A stretch of DNA of 64,000 nucleotides from Tubiluchus corallicola (lineage: Eukaryota > Animalia > Priapulida). The stretch's first letter is position 1. Each line of letters starts with the position of its first letter. Positions 12,601-24,096 of this stretch are shown in pieces. The stretch is from the NCBI GenBank assembly GCA_030141605.1, contig JAQGDQ010000448.1:128479-192478 (forward strand), read 5' to 3'. Below the pieces are notes generated by a model. It made no database searches. It was not told where the DNA came from and saw only the letters and a list, made by a program, of their open reading frames with translations. The position numbers and the translations under genes were made by a program.

Positions 12601-15600
12601 TGGAAACTAAAATGTGGAAAATGTCTGCAGCAGTGTGAATAATGTGTTACACAATGTTGATGTAGTTTTGTTATTTCATGTCTGATGTGCTTTGAAATTG
12701 AAGATTGCTTCAAATATGATGTTTTACATTCAAATGAACAAACTGGTTGCTACATTTTAATTGAGCAGTGTGTGTTAAAAGCAGAAGTTTGTTTCTGTCT
12801 AGTGAATGTGAGGAAAAAGAGCTATGTGATGGATGATTACTCATGGCTTGAAACATTAGCATAAGTTGAATTAGCTAATCCAGAAGGTTGTAATTGTAAA
12901 TTCATGTGCAATAAGATGCTTTACTTAATATTTCTATATTTGTATGTAATACTTTATGTTATAAATGAAGTAAGTTGCTGTCGGCTTTTCCTGTTGTAAT
13001 CATTGATGATGTTTTTAATTTTATTGTTGCTAATAACAAGTGTTTGTGTTTATAGGTGAGAAAGCTACAGAAGATCTACTGAATTTGAGTCCATTTGAGT
13101 TGAAGACACTGCTGCATCACATTCTTAGTGGCAAAGAATTACGAGTACACGTAGATGTTGGTACGTATTACTACATTGCCTTTTATATTTAAAACGTTTG
13201 ATACATTTATGGAAATTGCAATCTAAGACCTGGGGCTATAAACGTTTTTAGCTCACTCTTACAAATTTAAATATAATCTTCGTTTATTAATTTTACAAAG
13301 TGTGTTACACTTGCTGTAAACAGATATAGTTTCAGGCAAACAAATAAAATTCAAGTTGGATGCATTTGTACAAAATCTAAATTTTAGTAAATTACTTAGT
13401 GTAAGTGCTTATGACTGCAGCCTGATTTAACTGACTGTTATTTCACTGCATTGATTGCTGTGTAGAAGCAAATCCCGACGGTGATCAGATGACAGTGAAA
13501 GAGTGTGCTAAAGCAGAAGATTTGGGCATGACGCAAGTTGCAGAGGAAATTAAGGTCCAATATAATTAACACTGTGTGTTGTATTTTGTTTGCTGACGAA
13601 ATTAACTAGATGTTTAGTCAGTAGTTTGCTGTGATATAAAATAGCTGCTTTGTTGGTTTTTACATGCAGTTGGAAATCACTAACAATGCTTGATAGAGCC
13701 ATTTTCTTCCAACTTACAGTAGATTCTAACTAGAAAGCAACTAGTAGTTGCTAAGTACAATGTATTTAGACTGCTGTAAGTGAAAGAAAATGGCTGTGGA
13801 GAAAGAAAAACAACTTATATTACACAATATTATTATCAATACTCTATGTACTGTTCTTGCTTTGGTTTGCATCATAGATTTAAATGTCAGGCATGTGCAG
13901 ATTGAGATTGCTAGACTTCTGCGAAAAAGTGAGGCAACAATGAGCACAATTCTACAGCCTGTTGTTTGGGAAGAAATGGGTGCCATGTTGTACAATAAAC
14001 AGTCTGCATTTGACTGTATGGCAGAGACAACTCTTGAGCAATACACTTTTGAAATATTGTTTCATATGCCGGCTTAGCAATGTCTCTTTACATGTGCATG
14101 GCCTTTAAATTAGTGGCTTTAAGTATTGTTGCCTTTTGTATGTGTTGTTTTTACATGTTGCACTGTAGTTAATTATTTTAGATACTTACGTTGCTTGATG
14201 TAGCTGATGTCGTTATTTCTGCTTGTTTGCATGGTTATCTCATTCTTTGTTTGTTTAATGCTTGTTTGATTATTTGCATTTGATTAGTATCTGGACGAGA
14301 TACAATTACAGACCGTGATCATACTATAGAGGAGATAATATTGCATCAGGTATGTAGATACCTATACGTGAAAAATGCATTCAAACCTTTTCTAATGTGG
14401 CATGACAGATCCTAGTGTATACTGAAAGAATATTACTATAGATGCCGAATTTGGCCTGTTAAGTGTTTAATTTTGCTGGAATTTAATTTCTCGCATATTT
14501 TGTAGGCTGTGACTTTGTATGTAGGCCTACTGCACCCAAATGCATACTCAGAAAGTATTGTCTTCATGCTTTTGATTGCAATTTAAATTGTTTCTTTTGA
14601 TAAATAAATGACTTCTTTTGATAAATAAATGGCAGCTCAAATATCAGTACTTCATGATTAAGCGGTAAAGCTACAACATCTCTGGACATTCAGTGAAATT
14701 TCATCTTACCATGAGGTAGCAAATGCAAGCAATTAATTACATCAACGAAGTTGTTTGCCATCATCTAGCTATTTATTATAAATAGTAGAGCAAATATATT
14801 CTCAGCAGATTTCCGTTAGTTTAGTCGATACTTTATAAATAGCTAATACAGTTTGTGAAATTTTGTGAAAGATATTGCCATTAAAACAATTGCTAAGTGC
14901 ACAGTTGTAAGTAAGGACTTACTGTACTGATTAGTACAGAATTCTGTGAGTAATAACAGTCTTAATTTGGGTATGATTCATGCCAGGGTCTTGGTTTATC
15001 ACAAATCTCCCAGTTTGCAAATTGCCAAACGGCATATAAAATCTCTGTATTAAATTGCGACAAAACAACTTAACAAATTGTTTGAACTGATATAATTAGA
15101 TGGCTTCATGTCAATTTCATGCAAGTTTTTAAAATAAGAATTATTTGAATCTGTATCCAACTTTTGTTGTGACTGCTAAAAATCTAAATTTTTAGCTGTG
15201 TACATCACTACAGTCATCAAACAGTACACTTTTATTTGTCTTGTACAGAATGGAAAATAAAAAAATGAATTCCAATTGAAATTAAATACATTTGTACTAC
15301 CATTTCTTCCTTTTTGGTATTGATTGCTACTGACTGCTTCCTTCCTCCACTAATCATGCATTTTAAACTTTATGCTCCTATGATCACAACAGGATTTGTA
15401 ATTGCCTTTTTTAGAGTAGTAGCTATAGCACATGTTTTTCTTATTCTAGCATGCGCTGATTGTTAATATGGTAATGTCTTTTGTGTTACAGTCTAACTAG
15501 TAACTTTACATTACTTCTGTAATAAGGTAATATGAGATGCAAGTTTATTCGAGAAAATTGTATTTAATAAGTATTAGAAACGTACTAAAAGAGTTCTTAG

Positions 15601-18220
15601 TTTAACAGTGTACTGATTGCAATACTTAGATTAAGTGATCTTTGTCATAAGAAAATTATTGCTCTGCTCTACTGTAGAGAAACATATCAAAGTAGCCAAT
15701 CTTTTACTAGCTATATCCAGTCGATCACTCAGAATATCGGTTTGTTAACAACTTAAGTCGATCAATCATAATAATTATTTGTTTTCAACTTAAGTTAGTG
15801 CTTAATATTTATTCTTTACTAATAGTGGCTTATTAGATGTAAAAAAATGTATTATTCTCCATCACAGTTTTCACATCGAGACTCATTAGCGTCCGCTATT
15901 GAAGGAGGAAAATCTGTAAGATCAGGCAACGGCTTTGCAGATGATGTGTCCAGACAGGGACAGTGGCTGCGGAGACGTCGCTTAGATGGCGCTCTGAACA
16001 GAGTACCAGTAGATTTCTATCCAAAGCTTTGGAATGTTCTAGAAAAGGTATTGTTTGGAATACCCGCATATTTTCTTCCGATCTTTCTCATTACTTTGTT
16101 TTTAATAATCGTTGCCAGTAGATACTTTAATTGTTTTTTTAATCTATTTCTATTTGTATCTTGCAGTGTCATGGATTGTCTATACATGGTCATGTTTTAC
16201 CACAAAGTTTAACCAGAGAGGTAAGTTTTCATGGGTGCTGTCAGGTAGAACTGTTGTATAACTGTCATAACTGGTAAATGTGCGCTTCATATTATTGTCT
16301 AGCAGGTTTTTGCACCTTTGCTCATTATGCCTTTTTGTTCATTCTAGATGACACCTGGTGAAACAAAATTTGCTTTGCAAGTTGAGGCGGTGCTAAATCG
16401 GATCCCACAACCTGAATATCGCCAGTTAATGGTCGAAGCACTCATGGTGCTCACCCTCGTGGTGGAAACAGACAAGAAATGCAACCTGGGTGGAATAATT
16501 CATGTGGAACATCTTGTTGCAGAAGCCAATAGATTATTTCTCATGGATCAGGTAGGGAAATCAGATAACATTAACTTTTTAACTTTTCAAAATTGTTAAT
16601 GTTAAAATGTTTTTTTTTAATTTTGCTGCAAATTTATGCATGTGTTACTCAAAAGAGGACACAATCTCATGTCCATTTGCACATGACATGTTCTTTTCTA
16701 GTAAAGATTCCCATGCCTTAAGGGTAGAAAGGTAGAAGTTTTTACTTATGCATTTCGTAATAATTCTTGTACAACAGTTTTTACTGAATCTGGTGTAAGA
16801 GTTTTCCTGTAATTGCATTGTATAAATTGTAGTGCACATAATGCATAGTGCATCATTCGAACAGCATTGAAATTTTTCCGATTCACACTGTGAAACAATA
16901 TTTGTAATTATTTCGGTGACTTTCCACTTTTGCCAAATGCAAAACACTAACACTCGGCCACTAGAAATGGGCTGCAATGGGAATGAAGCTGCCTGTTTCT
17001 ATTCTCTTTTGTGTTTAAATGGTTGTCTGTCTGCTATAAGGCTAAGCAGCTGTCATTGGACCTCTCGTACATCATTTACTTTTTTATAATATTAATTAAA
17101 ACTCACTGGGGTGTGTAAATAAAAAAGTAAACAAATGCTAATTATGTTTATAGTACCTGTTAACTAGTACTAACTATGTGTTCTTGTTGTGGACAAATGG
17201 CCTATATTAGGCCTTGGAGGCCAAATTAAGATGTAATATATATAACTCGCCAATAAAAACATGCCTTCTGACAATATTCTTTTTACAATTTTCTGTGTGT
17301 ATATTTAGTGCAGCTTTTACCAATACAGCAAAATAGTCAAAGATATGACATAAGCTTGGTGGAAAATGGAAACGGTGCACAGTAACATTTCTTGTATATT
17401 TATGCACATTGTGAATTACTCCCCCCCTTTTCCAGCATTCACATGACCAAGAAATATTTTCTGTGGCTGAGGGTTAAACCCAAATTATAATAAAAAAATT
17501 TTGGTCAGATAAGATTGAAAAGATCAGCATTCTCAAATGCTTGTATACTAAGAGTGGAAGTTTGCTGCAGTTTTGCAGTTTTTCTCAAATTTTAAGGAAA
17601 GACAATGGCTTCAGTTAATTTTTGTAACTAAGAATGATTCAAAGTGTGCTGATATGCTGTTGCACATACTTGCATAGGTCATGATGAGCTTATAGGAATA
17701 GTCAATACAGTTTATGAATCATGCATTATTTTCACGCCATGTTATACATGTCAGACAATAAGCACACATCGACGACAAGACTCCATTTTTAGAAAATATA
17801 CTTAACACATCTTTTCAAGACATTTACAGACTTGCTAATTCTGTCACCCGCTATTTTCAATGTAAATAGTTGGTAATTTTTTTACAAATTGCATTTTAAA
17901 TTTATGACATGGAAATTCTCAAAATCTGTAAAGCTCTGTGCCAAAGGTTGCAATAATTGCTGATTGTATTCATATTATTACTGTTTTAGTCTCGAGTTGG
18001 TGGTGATGCTACACTGTGTTGCGCTGGTGCCGCAGCTCCCATTGCTGTTCCGGGGAAAGTACCTGTTCTAAAATGTGGAGGAAAGGCTGGGGTTTGCCAA
18101 TTATTCTACGACAGCGCTCCTAGTGGCAGGTTTGGAACTATGACGTACTTGTGCAAGGCCGTGGCACAGCTACTTAATATTTTCCCAGCAACTGGAGATT
18201 TGGAATGTGTGATTAGCTAG
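465..18220 (+). CDS. PHKA: Phosphorylase b kinase regulatory subunit alpha, 5'-truncated multi-exon gene
   Basis: In-phase AG/GT exons: 465-609 or 948-1101, 1698-1773, 3350-3441, 3758-3931, (4549-4599, 5635-5667), 8121-8347, 8890-9014, 9444-9522, 10270-10347, 11204-11362, 11506-11635, 13056-13160, 13466-13554, 15868-16047, 16167-16220, 16348-16551, 17990-18220. Motifs [78 protein letters not shown] and terminal CaaX CVIS match PHKA1/PHKA2. Confidence 0.97.
948..1101 (+). CDS. PHKA: PHKA duplicated exon, variant B (154 nt, phase 0 to 1)
   Basis: ttttag|TTT...ATA G|gtaag; encodes [51 protein letters not shown]. Confidence 0.92.
2308..2677. mobile_element. Degenerate MITE-like element (Harbinger-type ends) in PHKA intron
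   Basis: GC-rich left end cagggg...gatgccctggg and right end tggcgccctaggctgtagcctag...ttaatgc in an AT-rich intron. Confidence 0.4.
11402..11478 (+). repeat. Intronic tandem duplication, unit about 40 bp
   Basis: tactgtttagaatttttcttcttgaac(g/a)tatttata occurs twice head-to-tail. Confidence 0.85.
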
Positions 18221-20334
18221 GAGTTTTACTAGTCATTTGTGAAGTTGTGCATACAGGTGTTTACTTTTGAGCACCTTGGTTTGTTAAAGTGTTTGAGCTT
18301 TAGTATTGTTGCTCACATTTCTGGTGTTGGTGCTGTATTGGTGCTTAGCATGTATTAGAATCTTTACTTCTAGTTTTTTTCATAAAAATTGTATTAACTT
18401 TTTTATTTTTTTATCGCGTTTTCATCAATTGCTGTAATATATCTTAAATAATGCCTTAAACTTGTATTTCAGCAGCTTGCTAGTTTCTGTATTTTGTATG
18501 GGTAGACTTCATTATTTGCAGATATAACATTCCAGACTTAAATACCAGATACTGCATGTAATAACGTGTAAACAACTGTGCACGTAAAATGTAAAAAGAA
18601 TTTGCATTACCATTAAAATTTTATCATTAAAATAAATTAAAATAATGGTAAGATATGTTTTGTCTACCTTGAATACCGTGAATAATGAAGTGTACTTTTA
18701 CGTCTTTTGGCATACTGTCCAAAGTGGCATGTATATTGCATTGATGCTTTACAGTTACTTTAGTTTGCAGACTATGACTATTTTATGCCTATTATAGCCG
18801 TTCTTTTCTACTTCATCTGTCCATTTCATTTGTTTCATGATTTTGTTCATTAGTGTTATCCAAATACATATCAATGTGATAATACATGATAGCTCGTACT
18901 TGTGTTATACTCAACACTAATTTGTGCTTATGCTCATGACGTTCGTGGCCATGTAGATCACAGTGCCTATGCTTGCCGCCAAGTTGCTGGATCTCACGTA
19001 TGCTAACTTAACATGTAACACAATACTGTTTAAGAGACTATATCAATTAGTCCATAAAGGCATCCCTATTTTGCATTATTTATAAAAAAATAATGTGACA
19101 ATTAGGAGAAAACTGTATGAATTTGTTTTTTTATACATTTTGTTACAGTCGTACCATGGGGGAATATTGAAAACTTAATTATGTGAAAAGTTTGTGCCTT
19201 TATGAGTTGCATCCTCTGTCCACCATTAAGTATGCATTGTCTCTGATACTGTTTCTTATAGGTCTTGCATGTATACGTACTAAAGCAGTTGTGTTCCTTA
19301 GTATATTTATTATGGCAACAGTCAAAGTTTGATAACAACTGGCACTCAAATTATGCCTTGTAACAATATTATGTACCATATAAGTATACAGTGTGTAAAC
19401 TTATTAATCAGAATTTACAGAATTTTGCAATACATGTAAAGACATCTAATCTGTATGACATTTCGAATTTGGACTGATCGATGGACAGAGTTTTACAGTA
19501 TCTCATATACTAGGTGCGCTACAGTTTAATTTTACACTTCTGCAACAGTTGAGTTAGCAAAACTATCTTGTTCTTCAGTGTCTGTTGCAGACTTACAGGT
19601 ACAACTTTTAACTTTACTTTTTACTCTTGTTTTTGAAAAGGTATAGTTGCCATTTTTATAGTTTTAGTTAACAAGTTAGAATGAGAATTGACTTAGAAAA
19701 GAATCATTTCTCGTATATTAGCAGATATGTGTTGAAACTAAACAATTTATAGTGCATGTTTGTTACTGTTGACAGTTTGTACAAATGGTACAAATTGAAA
19801 CAGTTATAGTTTCGTGTAGATAATGAATAGCATTTATTCTTTGAGCACAAATTGGTTAATTGCTCTACTTGTCAAATTGAAGTATTGAAATAGAAATTCA
19901 CAGTTAGCAGGCATCAATGCTTTGAATATTTGATCTAAATTTGTTTACTGTCGAGTATCTACTTTAACTTATTATTTTGATTGTTTTTTGAATTGAGAGA
20001 AACTTGTTACTTGGAGCTGAAGTAAAACTTCGGCAGTTTGCATAATGTTGGTTAACATTGTATGGGTTGTTTGCAAAGCTATCATCATTTGCTCGATTTT
20101 CATTCTACTTTTGTGAGAATGTGTGTGTTTATGTACCATATGGTTTATAGATTCAATTTCTCCTCATTTGCATATGCACAAATATATGCAATACACAGTT
20201 CTGATTGTTGGAAAAGTCTGTTTATTATTGTTTTTTTGTTTTGCAAATTACAAATCTTCGCAGACAAGCTGTTACTCAAAGTTGTTCTAACACGCTACAA
20301 TGCTACATCACTTTTTAAGTGTACAAGAAGACGG

Positions 20335-20900
20335 TTTAGGTCCGTTTCCCCCCACAAAACTTTTTTCAAAGAAAAACCATTTCCAAGAAAAAATAACTTC
20401 CCAGAAAAAATTTGCCAGGAATTTTTTCGCAGATAAACGTTGTTTTACAGAAAGTAGTTTTCATAAAAACCCATTTCACCGAAATATTTCCCAGAAAAAT
20501 GTTTGACAAAAAAATCGTGGATACGTTTTCAAGTGCTAAATCTGCAATTTTAGTAGGTAACAAACCACACAGATTTATTAAACTATCTTTGAGTCACCAT
20601 TTGCCCAATAAATTATGCTCCTGCGGAACACTTTTTTACAGGTCGTCTTATGACCAGATCCTTTCGAATCACAGCTATTAAAAATAATTGCCCAAGATTG
20701 ATTTTCCTAGGCGGTTTTCAAACAAATCAGTTGCCAGGCTTGGTATTGCTTAACTTTGATTAAAATAAACTAGTTTTTATTGTGCTTTGTTTAAAAAGAT
20801 TTATTACATTTTAGGTGAATTTCATTTTCTATGAAATGACGGTATTGGGAAATGGCAATTCTGAGAAATATCTTTTCTGTGAAAATGTTTTTCTATAAAA
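20335..20900. mobile_element. Foldback/MITE-like element with modular inverted subterminal repeats
   Basis: Left arm repeats ttt(c)ccagaa/tttcaccgaa-like units (20340-20500); right arm carries the complementary ttctatgaaa/ttctgagaaa/ttctgtgaaaa units (20820-20900). Confidence 0.5.
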
Positions 20901-21434
20901 TAAAAAAGTTTACTGTGAGTTGTGAGTTGAATTAATTTCTGGTGGATTTAAACTGTTTACAAAATGTTAACAACTTTTTCGATTCACTGGAACCACTGGG
21001 AATTCAGTTGATGCAGATGACACACAGTACAGTTAAATGAAACAAATCCATTGTGGGGAATTTAATAGTCATCGGCACATAATAGTCACGTGTGTTAGCA
21101 CACAGAAAGTAAAAGCCGATAGGGAAATTAAACACGTAATTTCCCTTCATAGATGCTGAGTTAGTTGGTCAAGTTCAGCTTATATAGACAAGGTGAATAC
21201 CAAGAATCTGGGATGTTTTTGATGTCGGTTTTACTTTTGCCAAGTTTGAAATGTATACGTACCATTTTATTTACATAATGTGCATTCTATACACATTCTA
21301 CAATCCACTCGCCAGTTCCTTGCACTAGCACTGTTCATTGTACTAGTGGGAATGTGCCAATATGTAATTTCTGTAGATGTAATGAATGACAAAAGATTGT
21401 TCGAATAACTAACAGATCAGTTCAGTGACTTAGG

Positions 21435-21497
21435 TTGATTGAGTGACTGAGTAACTAGAGTGAGTGGACAGGTCGATTGAGTGACTGAGTAACTAGC
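21435..21497 (+). repeat. Degenerate GAGT/GACT repeat with 22-bp direct repeat
   Basis: gattgagtgactgagtaactag present twice. Confidence 0.7.
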
Positions 21498-21699
21498 TCC
21501 TCAATGACTAGGCCGAGTGGCGCGATTCATTGCCAAGCTTGAAGCGAATGCAAAATTGCTAAAATTAATTATGATTTACATTTATAACTACATCAGTTAC
21601 ATCTCATTTTCTTTTCCACTAATACATTTCTGCAACACAATACGCTTGTATTAGCGTTGTTTACTAACAGCAACTGGGGATTCCCCTAATTTGAAGGGC

Positions 21700-21895
21700 G
21701 TAGTTTGGGACGCGGGTGGACGTAATTTTGAGCGTTCATTCGCTAAATTGATGGACATATTCCAATGGACGTCCGTTAACTATTCAATGAACCTGTTGAA
21801 CGTAATTTTGGAAACAATGGACGAAAGTTGAGCGCCCTTTTACTAAACTTGTGGACCTACGTAATATTGAACATGATGGATGTAACTTTGAGCAT
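21700..21895 (+). repeat. Degenerate tggacgtaattttgagc-type repeat array, probably a transposon subterminal region
   Basis: Several variants: gtggacgtaattttgagcg, ttgaacgtaattttgga, atggacgaaagttgagcg, atggatgtaactttgagc. Confidence 0.55.
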
Positions 21896-22537
21896 TCGTC
21901 GTTATTTGCTGTATCAGTTTCCTAGTAATAGCCGCCAAGAGTTTTACAGTTGAAGGCCATAACACGAACTGTTGGAGCGGGGTTCCCCGTTCAGCACTAA
22001 AGCAAACATTGAATAAGCAGTAACTAAACTAACCACTCAGATTTCTTGTTAAAACGCCCAGCGTTGTGCCGTAACATTACTTGAACACTAACAAACTACA
22101 TGATTAAATCATTGAATTTAAACATATTTTCGCTTTGATAATATATACTACACGTTTTCGTGATATCGAAACAGCATTTGATCACTTTTTTAACGTTTGA
22201 CAACGAATACTACAAGTATAACATTATATGTTTTTGTCTTATTGTGAAAACTGACGCTACAACTTTTATAATTATATCTATTGGGAAAGAAAATAAAAGA
22301 CGGTAAGGTCATTTTCGTGAATCTCGCACTTCACCACTGGAATTATTTAAATAATTTTGATTTGCAGGTTGTCAGGCATGCTTCAGTCGTTTTGCTTTTC
22401 ATTTGTCTAATGTTTTACTTATAACTAATATTATTTTCCGTAATAGAAGGATTATTTATAATCTTAATGTCAAGATTATTATTAATGATTGAACAAACCA
22501 ACAATAATTAAATTTTGATACCAAATTCGCAAGATAG

Positions 22538-22648
22538 AAAATGTGTACAGTTGGAACGCAACTTGGATTTGAACCAAGGATCTTCAGCTTAGAAGGTCGA
22601 CCCGCAAAAGCGTTCAAATCCAGGCTGCATTCAAAATTTTCACATTTA
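22538..22648. repeat. Inverted pair of tRNA/SINE-derived fragments
   Basis: Minus strand reads gaccttctaagctgaagatccttggttcaaatccaag (anticodon-arm-like plus T-arm/B-box); plus strand has a second gttcaaatccagg; arms are imperfect reverse complements. Confidence 0.6.
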
Positions 22649-22824
22649 CTGTTTTTCAAGTTTGATATGTATTAAAATTTAATTAATTGGGCGGTTTGTT
22701 TCGTCATTTCATCGTAGATTTTTATATTCACTGATCTCAATATCTGCAAAAGCTATTTGTTACCTTTTAGAAATTAACGATGGTGCTACTGGTCACCTTG
22801 AGATAAAAGCTTAACATTGTAAAT

Positions 22825-24096
22825 ATGCATAGAGGAGTGACAATACCAGCATCCCCAGTGTCACCAGCTGAGCTCATCGACCGTACAAGATCTGACATTA
22901 AACTCGTTAACCGTCTTCAGTCACCCGTGACAGATTACTTTGATGACGAAGATAGTGATGATGATTACGAACCAGAGTACAGACAAATAGAACAGATGCA
23001 TTTGGACTATGACTGTGATACTTTTAAACCGATAGTTGACACTAAAGATGCCACTGACAATCCTTTTGTAAAAATGTGCCTGATTGCCTACAGCCAACAC
23101 CGGCCCATTGCAATTACACCCGACTTATTATGGCATTATATTCGCAATGCAGTTGCCATACATGTAAATAAAAACTCTGAGGCATTACGCAGTGTATTTG
23201 TCAAACACAAAAGGAAAACTGTATTAAATGTTCATCGAAAGGATTTTGTGAGATGTCAAAACAACAACTGGCCAAGTGTGTTTCAGGAATTTAGGCAACT
23301 GATTGAATTAAATTTGAAAGAAAGTGCAAAACCACTGATATGTGAACGGTTCAGCACGACATCGAAGACGTTATACGACATTTCATGTATTGCCTTGATG
23401 GACGTTATGCAGTCATATTTTGACTATACCCTGTGTACAGAATGTGGAATACCAAGTGTGAGTTTGTTAGGCAAGTTGGATGACTGGAAAAAATTAAACA
23501 AAGTTACAGAAGATTTGTTAAATATGTTTCAAGGCATGCCTAAAGGAACAGACCTGGAGTGGTGGAGATGTGGATTAAAGCCAGTTCTTGAAAAGCTTGT
23601 TCACTGTTACCAAAATCCGGAAGACCATTCATTACAGGATTGGATGGCAAGAATTTTCAAATATAATAAAGAGGCTGGATCTGGCGCTGTTGCTTATGTT
23701 ACAGGCTGGATAAACGTGTTTTTTCCGTATATAGGCAGCGGTGAAAAGGAACAGAATCCTCTTGCACAAGTTTCCTCATATCCTAAACTAGAAAGGCATA
23801 TTGGGAAAGCAGTTGGTGGAATATCTCACTTTTATGAACCAAACGACACACCTTCGATGTGGCAGGACGAGTATTTTGCTTGTCATTTTAAGAAAATCGA
23901 GCTGAAAGACTTTGCAATGGGTCTTTCTCAAGCTCCATTCATATGGATACATCACGGTCAAACATTGAAAATGGACTTTCTAGGTGGACCCTGTTGCATT
24001 ACAGAACAAGTGAGAGAGGAAGGATCAGCAGCACCACTAGGTTCTTTACATGTTCAGTCAGGTTGGGCAGTTGCATACAGTGACCCAAAGAAATAA
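22825..24096 (+). CDS. DUF4419 domain-containing protein, 423 aa, single coding exon
   Basis: Motifs AYSQHRPIAITPDLLW, HVNKNSEALRSVFVKH, FSTT, MDVMQSYFDY, CGIPSVSLLGKLDDW, VTGWINVFFPY are characteristic of DUF4419; acceptor ccttttag at 22770 just upstream and an in-frame stop before the ATG. Confidence 0.88.
   Translation: MHRGVTIPASPVSPAELIDRTRSDIKLVNRLQSPVTDYFDDEDSDDDYEPEYRQIEQMHLDYDCDTFKPIVDTKDATDNPFVKMCLIAYSQHRPIAITPDLLWHYIRNAVAIHVNKNSEALRSVFVKHKRKTVLNVHRKDFVRCQNNNWPSVFQEFRQLIELNLKESAKPLICERFSTTSKTLYDISCIALMDVMQSYFDYTLCTECGIPSVSLLGKLDDWKKLNKVTEDLLNMFQGMPKGTDLEWWRCGLKPVLEKLVHCYQNPEDHSLQDWMARIFKYNKEAGSGAVAYVTGWINVFFPYIGSGEKEQNPLAQVSSYPKLERHIGKAVGGISHFYEPNDTPSMWQDEYFACHFKKIELKDFAMGLSQAPFIWIHHGQTLKMDFLGGPCCITEQVREEGSAAPLGSLHVQSGWAVAYSDPKK

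Noticed and set aside
13790-14077. 95-aa plus-strand ORF inside a PHKA intron
   Set aside because: No recognisable homology and no convincing donor; treated as intronic, though a terminal exon from the AG at 13877 cannot be excluded
20062-20681. Four overlapping ORFs of 65-124 aa
   Set aside because: Products of the low-complexity foldback repeat; K/F-rich with no domain
21435-21895. Spaced repeats suggestive of a CRISPR-like array
   Set aside because: Repeats are degenerate and irregularly spaced, the context is eukaryotic, and no cas-like ORFs are present
22551-22625. Functional tRNA gene
   Set aside because: Only anticodon/T-arm-like parts present; no D-arm/A-box or acceptor pairing
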